Shown in pieces: positions 1 through 29,355 of a stretch of 64,000 nt of DNA. Under the pieces are notes generated by a model. The model made no database searches. It was not told the origin of the DNA and was given only the letters and a program-made list of their open reading frames with translations. The translations under genes and the position numbers were made by a program. Numbering within the stretch: position 1 is the stretch's first letter; each line of letters begins with the position of its first letter. Origin of the DNA: Chrysomallon squamiferum (Eukaryota > Animalia > Mollusca); NCBI GenBank assembly GCA_012295275.1, contig CM022670.1, positions 38,068,001 through 38,132,000 on the forward strand. Direction: 5' to 3'.

Positions 1-703
1 TCTTAGATGGTTCAATTTAAAAAACTGATAATTACATGACGTTTGTTCTGAAACTTAGAGCGTTTGACAAACATGACGCTATAATAAGAGTGTCGTCAGA
101 TATAGTTTTGTATGTTGAAATAAATGTTACAGTTTATTGTTATTGTTATTGTTATTATTATTATTATTTACTTCTTGTTTTTATTAAAAATTTTATATAT
201 ATATATATATATTGTATTGTTGCTTTTTTGGGGAGGTTTCTTTTATTGTTTCGTTGGGCTTGTTTTTTAATGGCGTTAATTTCAATTTTCATATTTTTCA
301 TCTTTTCTATTTTTATTTTAATATTTTATATTTTATTTAAGGTTATTTTCGTCTTCGTATTCATTTTAAAACAAAAAAATTACTAAAATCAAACGATTTA
401 ACAAATATAATATAATGTAATATAATATAACATAATATAATGTAATGTAATATAATATAACATAATATAGCAATTTAATACTTTGTCTGGCGGCTCTCTT
501 CGCTTCTAGACATGTTATAATTCGCTTTCATCAAAATTATCGACCAAAACAGTATAGAAATAATTTAAAAGATAGCATTAACATTTTTAAAATAACAAGT
601 AGACAAAAACTGTCTTGCAGACCAGAACTAAGAACTAAATAATATGAATTAAGAAGTAAATTACTTTAATAACATAAACATGTAAAAATATACAGATGCT
701 ACA

Positions 704-739
<36 letters not shown>

Positions 740-1119
740 ATTGCACATCATAGTGCCAATAAATAACATAAATAACTTTTTTCATATTTAACGGTGATGG
801 TTTTATTTGTTACTACGAACCAATCTTTGCAAATCATAAAGTCTACTAAACTCGTTAGTTTGCCATTTTTCTCTTCATCGTCATCTACTTGTGACGTCAT
901 ACATGATAAAGAATGACGCAGTCAACAACAATTATCTGATATACGAATAGATATTGGCACTTCGCTAATATATGATATGCATCTTATATCTTAAATGCTT
1001 GGGCAGCAAGAATTTCAGAGTTCTCAGCTTTTCAAATTAAGGAGAAAACCTGAATCTAAGCACAAAATTTATATTTCATAGAAAACTTATATAGATAACC
1101 TTCTGCTACTTTTATATAA

Positions 1120-1202
1120 ACACACACACAATCACAGACACAATCACACACACACACACACTCATTCACACACACACACTCACTCACAATCACACACACA
1201 CA

Positions 1203-1250
<48 letters not shown>
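1120..1250. repeat. (CA)n microsatellite
   Basis: Directly visible. Confidence 0.95.
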
Positions 1251-1252
<2 letters not shown>

Positions 1253-2000
1253 GTGGCATCATCAATTCACGAGAAACAATAGAAAAAGAACCATCTGCAT
1301 TTATACGTATTCTTGCTAAATTTCCATCCAACTTTATTATCAACAAAGGTTCGTTCATGTAAACAAATTTAACAATCACTTGAAAATATGAAAAAGAAGC
1401 TTAGACTGTTTTGTTACGCCATATAGTTAAATTTAATAATGTAGTAAATAAATTAAAATTAACATTAATTAACAGAAAGCAGAAAAGTAAACATTTATGT
1501 TAATTAGCAGCATAGAAATAATTATCATTAAAAGTAGGATGCATTTTAGAAATGCTTATATAGATTGTCGTACCAAAATCATTTTATAATATGTTATTAA
1601 ATACAATCATTTGCACGTGTAAACTTTTTATTTATATATCAAGAAATAATTTTATGTTGACAGTACAAAAATAATATACTTTGAAGGATATGATATTCAA
1701 GTATAATATATGTTTAAATAATTTAATAAGAAAGAAATAAGTCTTAATATTTATATATTTCATTTTCAATCTTTATATCTCTGTATGTATGTATTGTCTG
1801 TTATAGTAGCTGTAATAAATTATAAATGATATCAACAAAAATTATTTTATTAAAAATTTTGTTTAACTTAGTGTAAACGTCAGAGCGTTAAAATGTTTAA
1901 AATGTTTTAAGAAATTCTAAATTCTGACGATTCCATTGTTTGGAAAATTGATAATTTATGTTTAGCCCAATTCTTCAGTGTTGTTTTGTACTTCCGGTAG

Positions 2001-17583
<15,583 letters not shown>

Positions 17584-19085
17584 AATTCAATTCAAATTAA
17601 TCTGGGCATCGACACACAAAAAAATACAGAAAACTAAAAAAAACAAAATAATAATAAAGATGTTAAACCAGAAAAGGGACAAAGTTTCTGAAGCAAAAAC
17701 AATGCAAGGAATGTTTCAGTGTTGTGAAGAAATACAAAATGTGCTTAAAGACACTTGAAAATTTTCTAGAAAATGTTTAGTATTTATTGATGTCACGTTA
17801 CAGTTGTGTAAGAATTTCATGCAGAAGTTCAAAAAGGAGTGCCAATTAAGTCTTCAAAATGTAAAAATAACAAATTATTCAAAACTTCTAACAAGAGAAG
17901 TATATGTCATTGTTTATATCATTATGATTATTTATGGAAAATGTTTCTGTGCCAGTTAAATTTCAGTGCCAGGCATAAGGAACTAAACCAAATTATTATC
18001 ATAGAAAACTATTTTGTTATGTTTCTGTTAACTTTAGTAATACTAAAATTATTCTTTGGATAATTTATTTTGCCCTTGAGTAAATATATTTTACATCTAA
18101 CTACTGTGATAAATTTAATTATCTTTCACTTTGAGGTATTTTTGTAACATAGAAATATTATTTGAACAAAAAGCTGAGAAACTTAAAAGATTACAGAAGA
18201 TTCTGATTAAGTAGATATCTTTCAATTTTTTTGTTCTTTCTTTCTTTCTTTATCTTCCTCTTTACTTAAATTTATTGTTATTATTTTATATGTATCATTA
18301 CATTTTTTAATTTTTATTTTTTTGTATTTATTTTAATTTTAAATGTTTTTTGATGCCATTAATCTAATATCTTTTTAACAAGAGGGGGTTTCACTTTTAA
18401 ATAAACATACAGAATTATTTATCTTTTGGCAAGAAGTTAATTTCTCTCTTACTTCATATTCTAGCTAATCCATATCTCTTCAAACTTATTTTTTTCACTT
18501 AGGTTAACATTTTATGTTTCAACAAGCTTGGTCACATCTTTTCACATTATCCGACTGTGATATTTGCATTAACTGTGATAATATAAATATATATATAGTT
18601 TATCTTTCAATTCTTTTCCTCATGTTCATTATGAAGTTTGTAAGTGAATTAATATATTTTAATCAAAACCAAACTCGAAAAGACTAGATTTACAAAACCT
18701 GTTTTTCCTGAAAGCCAGTTTTAAAAAATTGTAAATATATCAAGTTAAACAATATAAGACAAAAAAAAAAAACCCAGTAAATTCAGCTCTAGATTTTTAT
18801 CTACTTCATTAGTTAGTTACATAAAAAGCCACTGGGAAAACTCATGAAGTTGTTTTAAAAGGAATTTACCAATCCAGTAATAATGTAAATAATTTAGTTT
18901 TATTACTGCTCTTAATAATCAATAACTTCAACAGGTCTTCCATTCATTTACTAAGAGATTTTTCTCATTTAGCTTTCAAATTCTTAAAGAACTTTTGGTA
19001 AAAGTTCATTTTGTTATTAATCACATTTTTTATTTATTTATTTATTTACCTAAAACTATTATTACTCCTACAACTTTTATTATTA

Positions 19086-19116
<31 letters not shown>

Positions 19117-19495
19117 CTAGTACTACTGCTACTACTACTATTTTATTATTACTACTACTACTACTACTACTACTGCTACTACTACTACTATATTATTATT
19201 ATTATAATTTTTTTTTTTTTTTACATATCTTTTATATGACAAAATCCAAATGTCTTTCACCTTTCACTAAATATAACAAGTTACTTAATTTCTTAATAAA
19301 TCTTAACAACAAGGTATACTTTATATAAGTAGATTTCTACATTTCTAAATACCAGTGAACATTACTATTAGTTTAATAATCATTTTATAATTAATAATTA
19401 TTCCAAAATTTTATATTGAAAAAAATATATGTATTTATATTTATTTTATAAAATAAAATGATAAAACATTAATAGTTTCTTGTTATAATTTTTAA

Positions 19496-19740
19496 CAAAT
19501 GAGCATTAAATCCTTTTTTTTTGTTATATATACATACGTCTCTCTCTCTGTATGTATATATAACAGAAAAAAGGATTTAATGCTCATTTGCTACTTTATA
19601 CAGTAATTGCAGGATATAAATAAATAAAACAATTCTATATATATACTTTATACAGTAATTGCAGGATATAAATAAATAAAACAATTCTATATATATATAT
19701 ATAGAATTGTTTTATTTATTTATATCCTGCAATTACTGTA
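19496..19740. repeat. Compound inverted repeat: ~41-bp-arm hairpin, a direct duplicate, and a perfect 90-bp palindrome
   Basis: Arms 19496-19537 and 19550-19590; 19599-19645 duplicates the left arm of the palindrome at 19651-19740. Confidence 0.92.
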
Positions 19741-19859
19741 GCAAGATACAAGACTTGATAAATTCTGTGTTTTCAGGCTTTGACCAAATTTATGGCTATT
19801 TGGGTTGGAACTATATTTTTAAAGATACTTTTTTAGTGTTTAATTTTTTTATTATTTAT

Positions 19860-20120
19860 TTACGTTTAAATGGTATCTGACATCATATAGTTAAGGGCAG
19901 ACTCAGACAATGAGAGGAAAACTACTGCCACCACTTCATCGGCTACTCACTGGCTACTCTTTTCTTACCAAGCAGGAAGGGATCTTTTATATATATACAA
20001 TCCACAGGCTGGGCAGTACATACCACAGTCTTTGTTTCACTACTGTGGTACTAAGGCTGGAATGCGAAATAGCTCAATGGGTCCACCTAGAGTAATTGAT
20101 CTAACAACCTGGTGTACCTG
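19860..20120 (-). mobile_element. Degenerate tRNA-derived SINE-like element
   Basis: GAGAGGAAAACTACTGCCACCAC...GGCTACTCTTT...AAGGGATCTTTTATAT...ACATACCAC...GGCTGGAATGCGAAATAGCTCAATGGGTCCACC resembles an abundant gastropod SINE (recalled, not searched). A more decayed similar stretch lies at about 24840-24980. Confidence 0.6.
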
Positions 20121-20189
20121 GAGTAAATTCATTCCTTTTGTGGCTCTTCCTCAAAACCATTTGTATGAAGTTGTTAGGATTCAATTTAA

Positions 20190-20600
20190 TGTTATTTGTA
20201 CATCTACATTCTGATTTAGATCTAATGATATACAGAGGTGAATGCAGTGTTTTATTTGTCTAATGATATCTACATTCAAATTTATATTTTATGGTATATA
20301 AATAATATAGGGTTGACTGTATTATTATAAACTTATCTACATTTAATTTTATATATAATGATAGGGTAGGATGTATTGTTACTATTATAACAATATCTGC
20401 ATTTATATTTAGATTTAAATATACTGAGTTGGAAGTTGTTATTACTGTAGAGCTATCTATATTTACATTTAATGATAAAGGGTTGAATGTACTGGGGTTT
20501 TTTGTATAATAGTATCTATATTTAGGTTTAGGTGTAATGATATACTAAATAGAATGTATTGTTATTATTATAATGATACCCACATTCAGATTTAATAATA
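20190..20600. repeat. Degenerate tandem repeat, ~60 bp unit, about 6-7 copies
   Basis: Recurring ATCTACATT(C/T)A(G/A)ATTTA...TAATGATAT...GAATGTATTGTTATTATTATAA. Confidence 0.75.
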
Positions 20601-22877
20601 ATCAGACATCTATCTTTCATTACTTTATCAAAAGGATCAGCTCTATAAACAAACAAAGAAATAAGGTGAATTTATTTATTTTTTTAAATGATTCATCCAC
20701 ATTATTGCACAAAGAATAAAAACAATAAAATATACATAAAATATAGATATATTTTCTTCATATAGTTTATCCAGCACCAGAGTATTTGTAATTGTTTACT
20801 GGGATGAGTGAGAACTGATTGCAATAAACAGTTTTCAACTATTTTTAAGTAAGATCTAATATAAAACAAAAACAAAACTTAACCATCTAATGCGAAAATA
20901 ATTAAAAGTATTGCTTTGTTTATGTCAACAACTGGCTAAATACAGTTTTTACACTTTCAAGTTGTTTCTGATGAATTACTGTTGCTTAATAACAAAACCA
21001 AAAAATAACATAATAAGATTTTAGGATGTGAGATGTCAACAATTTCCATTGTATATTACACCATGACTGCATGGCAATGTAGAAAAATTCCTGAAGAAAA
21101 GTCAACAGAATTTGGTCACCAGAAGCAAATTAAAACAGTAAAATGTAAGTTTACAAATACTATTCAGGCTATTTGTCCACATCGCCAAAGATGCACGATT
21201 AAAAATTATAAATAACAAATGGGTGGAAAATTGTTTACATGTTTTTCCATTCAGTAAAACTTTCACAAAAAGACACGACTTTCTCCAAACAACCAGTATA
21301 TAAGATAGAAGGAGTTAATGATGTAAAATTAGGAATAAAAGTATTAAAAGTACCAAATGAAATTAAATTTAAAAAGAAGGCTACATGTGGTGGGGGGGGA
21401 AAGAATCTTGAATACAACTTAAATAAAAAGCCTTTAAAGAAATTTTGAATAATACTCTTTCACTATTCCTATGAATAACATGGTTTAAATTATCAGAAGT
21501 AAGAATATTTCTATGTTTACAAATATATAAAATTTTTCTATCTTGTTATTTATGTGAAAATGTTAATATCACAAATAATGAAATAAATTTTATACTCCAC
21601 AAAGATATCTTTTTTTATCGTTTTCATAAAGAAAATTTTACAAGATAAAGGTAAATATGTTAAGAAATTCCCAAAATATTATCAATAAATAAAAATTATA
21701 TTTACAGCAGACATCAACAAATGTACTGTTGGATTCCAAGAGCTTCTGTGAAAAGTTTAAAGAAGAACAACAAACACTCTCTCAAAGTGCAATGTAAAAG
21801 TAACATGCACCACATTTACAGAAAATATTATACAGTATTCTTATAATGAAATCAATCACATAGATTATCCAATGTTACAAAACATGTTCAAAATGTATTA
21901 TCTGTTGAAATGGAGGACATAGTCACTGAAAAGGAATGTATCCAAGGGAAAAGTTTCAGTTCTTTATTAATTAAATACGGTTCAAAAATAATGTGCTTGA
22001 TTTATACTGTTCTTGTAATAGTACAATGAAATAACCCATATATATTTCATATGCTTTTATGCAACTGTTATTTATTCTTTCCAACCTTTGCTAATAATAA
22101 TGTAGAGCAGCAATAAAAATAAATTCATTAAGACGTGTTATGCTGTTGTACAAAATATCACAAAATGGGAACGTACAACCATCTGTGGATATATATGTTA
22201 GTATCACCATCATTATGTGTCGAGAAACAAATAAAATAATTACTTTTAAGTACAAAAAGTGTATTAACTCATGAAAGACCTTTAATAATAATTTAAAATA
22301 ATTTTTATAACAACTTTATCAGCCGTAATATACTGAGATGTAACAGAATCTCTAAAGTATTTTATATTTTCACTGGACCTGTAAGATACATGAATACTTT
22401 CTAGTTGTATCAGGGTTCAATATTTTGTTGTTAGATCACAACACCAGCTGCACTGTGAGGTTAAATCAAATTAAAACTAGAATACTAAAATAAAAAGCAA
22501 GTGTTCAGGATTAAAGAATAATAATTTAAAAAAAACTTTAAATAACAATTGATTTGCTAAACCATTATATATGTTCTTTATGTAACAGAAGTATTACAGA
22601 AAGTGCTTAGAACTTATGAATGACTGCATTTTTAAACAGCATCCAATTATTTGATTTTCATTCTTAAAACTACTACATACATGTGAATGAACTATATTGA
22701 TGAATAAATAGCAGTGAATTCAATATGGCACTTTTTTGCAATATATGTTATGTAGGCAAATGTAAATGTATGTGTGTGTCTGTTTAACTATTTTGAGGAA
22801 TATATTAAAAGAAGAATGAGGAATTTCTATAAATATGTAAAATAATTTCAACTATTTTCAACTATTAATCATAAATA

Positions 22878-22924
<47 letters not shown>

Positions 22925-23257
22925 CTATATGTATATGTATATCATAGCTGACAATGTATTATATATATATATAAACAACAACTGTTGAGCTTTAAATATT
23001 TGTTGTAATTGTTATACAAAATATTTCTTGGATTCTGTTTCTTAAAATGCTATCAATGGAAAACAGACTTAGAATCAAAACAAAAAATAAGAAAAAGAAA
23101 AAAAATGAGGAAGAGGAAGAGGAAGACGAAGAATATCTGGTACAGGATTTCCTTCTTTCATCATAAGAAAGTCCTGAGGACGAGATTCTAAGTGTTATTA
23201 ATTTACTTCCAGACATTCTTCTGTGGTAAGTGAAATGTTTACTTTGATATGAAAAGA

Positions 23258-25584
23258 TCACAAGCCAAAATTTGCCATCAGCCAGAAGAAGAGGTAGATT
23301 AATATCACAGCCCCTGTTACCACCCACAGCACACTGATTGAACCTGTGTGCAGAAAAATATACAAATATAATACAAAATATTATTATTATTATTATTATA
23401 AATACATTATAAAAGAAAAGTATCCAGAAGCAGCATGTAAAATGATATGCAAAACACATGTTAGTTTGAAACATTTACAAATAATTCATTGTCTTTCATT
23501 TTTGCTATATTTTTATTATTATCTTCATTGCCATCATTATTCTTTAATCTTAATACAACAATATCTGCATATTTATCATTCTTAAAAACAATTTTTGTGG
23601 TAACTGATTTTGATTTGTAACAAGAATATCTCAAAACAGGGTTCATTGTTACAACGTATTTAACAAGACAAAGAATGTATGTGAGTGGTCACTTTAATAT
23701 TCATAACAAACTAAAGATCTTTATCTTACTGGATTTTAAGAAATTAAACTATTATCGTACTAGATTTTAGGGAATTAAATTATTATCTTACTAGTCACAT
23801 TATTGTTACTGTGTTTTAAAAAGTAAAAATGATCTAAGTGACTATATAACTGGCAATTACAAAACATTTAAGAAAATACAGAACTATCTGACTAACAATT
23901 CTAAAATATTTAAGAAAATAAAAATCATGTGTCTAACGACTGTAAAACATTTAAGAAAATAGAGAATCATGTGTCTAACGATTGTGAAACATTTAAGAAA
24001 ATAGAGAACTGTGTGACTAACAACTGTAAAACATTTAAGAAAATAGAGAACTGTGTGACTAACAACTGTAAAACATTTAAAACAATAAAGGACTGTGTGA
24101 CTAATGACTGTAAAACATTTAAGAAAATAAAGAACTGTGTGACTAATGACTGTAAAACATTTAAGAAAATAAAGAACTGTGTGACTAATGACTGTAAAAC
24201 ATTTAAGAAAATAAAGAACTATGTGACTAACAACTGTAAAACATTTAAGAAAATAAAGAACTGTACTCACCTCTAGATGGTACTTGGTGAAATCTGACTG
24301 TGTTGTCAGCTGACACACTCAGTAAAGAAAAATCTTGGCTGCCAGTGACAGCCTGGGCATTGGGCGAGACAGGCATGAAGTCAACGCCCGTCACAAAAAT
24401 ACCATGAACTTCTTTCACATAGTACAGTTTCTGAAATCAGCACACAAAATGCCTCATCATATTACATATTTGAGCACTGTCATGTAATAACACTTGGTTT
24501 TGTGCTTTAATGAAAATTAAAATATTTTAAGATTATGTTATGGCAGTAAGCATGCTGATAGTACATCTCCATATAAATCAACGAGTTTCAAAATTCACAC
24601 AGTTTTGATATTATCAGTTTCCAACCATCATAAAAAGAGTGATGTAAAAAACACCAGATGTGCCATATTATTATGTTTTTTTCAATTAATAATATATGTC
24701 TCAAGCAAATAATACAATTAAACATTAAAATCTTTACCTTTTCATAAAATGAAAGTTTGAAGGTGTTTATTCAAGATAATTTGCTTTAAGACAATCATAT
24801 GAATTTTTTTCAAAAAATCATTTTATTTTTAAATACCTGTAATAATGAGGAAATCCACCTTCACCATTTAACAGTCTATTCTTGCCAGTTAGTAACAAAA
24901 GATTTTTTAAAATACAATTTTCCTACAGATCAAAATTTATATATGAATGCTTTTTTATATCAGTGACAGAGTTCTGCTCAGATCATTTTAAAGGAATTAA
25001 GTTATACCTTGTGATTATAGTTTGCAAAAAAACAGTATTAAAATGTATAGAAATGTTTTGATAGATATATCCCAGTATAATGTTGTGTTTTAGGAGGGTT
25101 TTTTTGTAATAAAATCAGTGTTCACCTGAAGGCTAAAAGAAATGTAAACTGCTACACTTCCTGAGATCATTCCAACCCCTAAATACACACCATCATCACT
25201 GCAAGAAAAACAATTCTAAATTTTAGATATGAAGAGATTTCTTCTGTGAAACAATAATTATTTATTTTATAAATTTTGCAAATAATTTTTAATTCTAAAT
25301 TGATCTGTAATTGTTTTTCTGTGTGCATGTGTGTGTGTGTGCGTACATATGTCAGATCATATAATTCATTAAAAATTCCAGGATTTGAAGAAACATTTAG
25401 GAAACAAGAGCGTATTAGATAGCTTTATCACAAAGAGTAGAATGAAAATAAAATTTCTGATAAATAAATACAGATTATTTTCATACAAACTTCTTAACTG
25501 AATATTTTACTTTATATTACTAAACACATTTCTGAATATATTGGACTATGACGAGTTTTATTTTTTACATTTTACTTTTTGTTT

Positions 25585-25615
<31 letters not shown>

Positions 25616-28561
25616 AGTTGGGCCAGTATGAGAGTTCCTGATTCAGCAAATATTTACAATCATTAATTATAACATCTCCTTTGAGGATAAGATCAAAGGA
25701 ACAAACCTGACTGCTAATGAAGACAAAATTTCAGTTCCAGTTTGCTGTTTCTTTTTAACCTTGAAGTTTGTGCTGTCCCACATTGCTATGTAACAGCTGA
25801 GTGGCTTTGTGTCTCGTTTGCTAGGAATACTCAGAGTGTATAAATTAAACTTTGATTTTTGATTTTCTATTAGACCATATCTGAAAACAAATAAAATTCA
25901 GATTAATTCCAATTTACAAAAAAAAAGAAAAAAAAGGATTAATAAAAATTGCATGTTTGATATTATATATATATATATATATATATATTAATTTTTTCCA
26001 TATTATTAATGAAATCAAATGAAATCATGTTGCTAAAAAAAACACCTAAAATAACCCCCAAAAACTCAACTAATTACAAAATTATTTTACAAAAACTAGA
26101 ATGAAAACTGAAAAATGTATAATTTTAATTCTGAAACTATTCAGTGATACATAAACATACTACTCACCTACAACATCTAAATCTATACTGTTGTGAGTTA
26201 CTACCGCATACAAGGTCTGTGTTTTTACTTCCTTCCTTGGCATTCCATACTTTACCATTAGCCTCCCTTGATACTGTAACTATCTAAAAAAAACATTTAT
26301 GTCTGGATAAAATAAATAAATTACAAAACTCATGCTACTGGAAACACTGTATTTTTCAGGTTTACTTTTGTTTTTTTTGAACACAGTCAAAATGTTGTAC
26401 AAACTCATTTTTCTAATATTTACCAAAAGTGATCCAGATTTCATGAAAACAAAACAGACATGAAACTGTAAGGTGGTTTTTAACATCCAGTGCAAAATTT
26501 GAACTGACGTAAAATATACTGAATAAATGAAAACATGATGTGAAAACTTAGAGATTCTGTTATTAATCAGTGTATTGTAGCCAAAAGGTCAAAACTGTAA
26601 TGAGCTTTTTAAAAGTTTTTACTTACATGTTTGCCATCAGGACTGAAAGTAAGATCATCAATATCAGTTTTGTGAGCTTTAACTTCATAAACCTTTTTCA
26701 GTTCTGGATACTGCAATAAATCAGAAATATTGATGAACAGATAATTTATTACACTTAGATGGTTTAATGTGAGTTTTGTCTTTTTCATTAAATATTACAC
26801 ACATATGCACACTCACAAAAAAAAAAAAAAAGTACCAAGAAAATTTAGTTATATATATATATTTGGAAAAGTAGAATTTACAAAAATTTGATTTTTTTTT
26901 TATTCACCATTTTGTTAATAGATCATTATATATATATATATAAATAATAATGCATATAATTATGGTTTTTAAACACAGATATATCTGTATCTGTATCTAT
27001 ATCTATCTATCTATCTATATATAGATATATATATATATATATATAATACAGATATAGAAATGGATATAAATATAGATATTAGATAGATATAGATAGATAG
27101 ATAGATAGAGAGATGTGTGTGTTTTGTATATTAAAAATCTATGATGCTCTGATATGTACTTACAGTCCAAACCCTCAAAAAACCATCTGCTCCTCCAGTT
27201 GCAAGGAGTTTGCTGTCTCCTCCAAACCTGACAACTTTTTGGAAACTATTGTCTTTGTCAAAGTCTGTTTTTACACTTTCTAAGTGCTTAATGTCAAACG
27301 TAATTTGTTTTGTGGCATCCTTCTCTACCTTTTCACTTTCACCTTTCCGTTTCCTTACAGATCCATCATGAGTACTATCTGTTTGAATAACAAAAAAACA
27401 AATAAATTAGTTTTGTACTCTGCAACAAATATGTAAATACGAATTTATTTTTCTAACACATATAATTAAAATTTGTTATTGAAATACAAACAAATGATAT
27501 AAATATGAATTTATATCTCTAACACATATAATAAAAATATCTTACTGAGATATAAACAAATATGAAAATATGAATACATATAATTAAAATATGTTATTGA
27601 GACCAAAAGAAATATGAATTTATATCTCTATAACATATATTTTAACTATATGTATTTACCTCTTCTTTTTTCTTTCTTTATTTTTTCAGAACACCAGAAT
27701 TCAAACAGTATAAATGTATCAAATAAATTAGCATTATAATAATGTTATTAACACAGACAAAAAAAAAAAAAAACACATCCTATGCTATGCTATGGTGATG
27801 TGATGGATTAAAAAGAAAAAGTGTACCTAACCTTTATTTTTGTCTGGTACAATAACTTTATATTTTAATGAGTATGTGTGGCACTCATCATCTTGACCAG
27901 CTGCCAGATAATGATGTCTGCCATCATAAAATGTGGTACAGTTCATGACAGCCTGAATGCCAGTATCATGGCGACACAGACTTGAAGCTGTTATCTTATT
28001 CTTCTCCAATTTGAGTTCATAGATCTCCTGAAAATGTTTTAGACGAATTGGTGTCACTTAATTATATAAAGTCATGATAATCTTTTCTGTATTATATTTA
28101 ATAAAAAAAAAAAAAAAAACAATGGCAAAGTGGCTAATATTTATTTATAAAGCAAGTATTATGATATTATGTAAACCATACAAAATTACAACATTAAAAT
28201 TTACGTGATTATTTACGTTATTTAATGTCATGATAAATTAAATTCGATATGTTATAAGATGTGAATTTACGATGTAATAATACTAATAGTGATAGGGTCA
28301 CATACATTGATCATATAGTCATACTGATACACTGACAGTTTTTAGTATGATCATCATTATATGATGACGTGTTGAATTTAGAGATACTTTAAACAGAACC
28401 ATTAAGAAGACAATGAAAATAATGCTAACAATTGCATTGGGTACACCAGTCTTAGCCTGACCTCCTCCACCAGCCACAAGAAAATGCCTATCACCCAAAG
28501 CACGAACAGCATATAAAGGAAAATCTGTATTTGCAAGTAAACGTCCTTTAGCAGACGCCAT
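23258..28561 (-). CDS. PREB: Prolactin regulatory element-binding protein / Sec12 (Sar1 GEF; WD40 beta-propeller with C-terminal TM anchor)
   Basis: Nine phase-consistent exons: 28430-28561 (ATG), 27832-28027, 27164-27378, 26627-26710, 26168-26283, 25707-25880, 25126-25198, 24271-24430, 23258-23343 (TGA); 1236 nt, 411 aa. Sec12 K-loop FPLY...VAGGGGQAKTGVPN; WD motifs LLATGGADGFLRVW, AHKTDIDDLTFSPDG, YRFRCCRY, VHGIFVTGVDF, LLSVSADNT; TM tail SVLWVVTGAVILIYLFFWLMANFGL. Confidence 0.95.
23855..24265. repeat. Intronic minisatellite, 42 bp x about 10, in the last PREB intron
   Basis: Unit ACATTTAAGAAAATAAAGAACTGTGTGACTAATGACTGTAAA; abuts the minus-strand donor (GTGAGT at 24270-24265). Explains ORFs 23884-24318 and 23929-24276. 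Confidence 0.95.
27425..27650. repeat. Degenerate ~60 bp tandem repeat (3-4 copies) in PREB intron 2
   Basis: Recurring ACAAATATG..AATATGAATTTATATCTCTAACACATATAATTAAAAT..GTTATTGA. Confidence 0.75.
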
Positions 28562-29192
28562 CTTTGTTAATTTCAACGGTTTACTGCGTGATAGTATTTA
28601 AATAAACAAAATTAATTAAGCATACAAATTAACATAACGTACGTTCATAATAATTATATTAAATTCGATAACATACAATTAAAAATTAAATAGCAAAATA
28701 ACACACTTAATTTTTTTTACTTGTATCGGGTTATGTTTTTGGGAGCCGTGCAATTTATCATAAACGTACGATTTCAAGTCTGACAAAAACAAATATTAAA
28801 AAATGTCACAGTATCCGAAAATGTTCAACTAACTGTTGTATAGTTATATATTCTATTAATATAAATCATAAATTCACTTTTAACTGATGTGTTAAATACT
28901 CAGGGCAAAAACTTTGAAACTTCAAACTGGCAATGATCATTCATTTTAGAAAAAGTATATTTTCTAAATAAATTATACCAATCGGCATTGATTAAAATGT
29001 TCCTGTTAAATAAATTTCTATGTTCATCCTGCTCTATACTACTGCACTATTTCACAGTGTTAAGGTGGTAATGAGAACTGCTTTTGGCTTTGGTTACCTA
29101 TAACTTTTTTTTTTTTTTTTAAATATACGGCTCCCTGATATTTTAACTTTCACCCGATACTGCAAACGCAATTAATAAATTAAAAAAATATA

Positions 29193-29242
<50 letters not shown>

Positions 29243-29355
29243 CCAAACACCGCTATATTATTATTTTTTATTTTTACTTTAAAAAAAAAAAAAAAAAAAA
29301 AAAAAGGTAAGGGTTCATAGCAACCGACTTAGCAACTAGACGGACGATAATACAT
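28562..29355. promoter_or_regulatory. Putative bidirectional promoter between PREB and PPP1R42, including a probable non-coding first exon of PPP1R42 ending at 29355
   Basis: Lies between divergently oriented genes; retains CpG in an otherwise CpG-poor region; GTATGT donor at 29356 could splice to the acceptor before 31217, upstream of the PPP1R42 ATG. Confidence 0.6.
29313..29336 (+). promoter_or_regulatory. RFX X-box-like motif GTTCATAGCAAC plus a second TAGCAAC half-site
   Basis: Matches the GTT..RGCAAC X-box pattern typical of ciliary gene promoters. Related motifs GTTACCTATAAC (29093-29104) and GTTGCTATGGCCAC (30731-30744) are nearby. Confidence 0.55.

Noticed and set aside
510-551. Possible further upstream exon of the CSPP1-like gene (HVIIRFHQNYRPK, phase 2-2)
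   Set aside because: The acceptor and phase fit, but the donor (GTATAG) is weak and there is no homology support, so it is left out of the model.
22992-23474. 160-aa minus-strand ORF overlapping the PREB end
   Set aside because: Wrong frame; the phase-correct reading gives the TM tail and stops at 23258.
23884-24318. ORFs with 14-aa Cys-containing repeats on both strands
   Set aside because: Translation of a 42-bp intronic minisatellite; only 24271-24430 is a real PREB exon, read in another frame.
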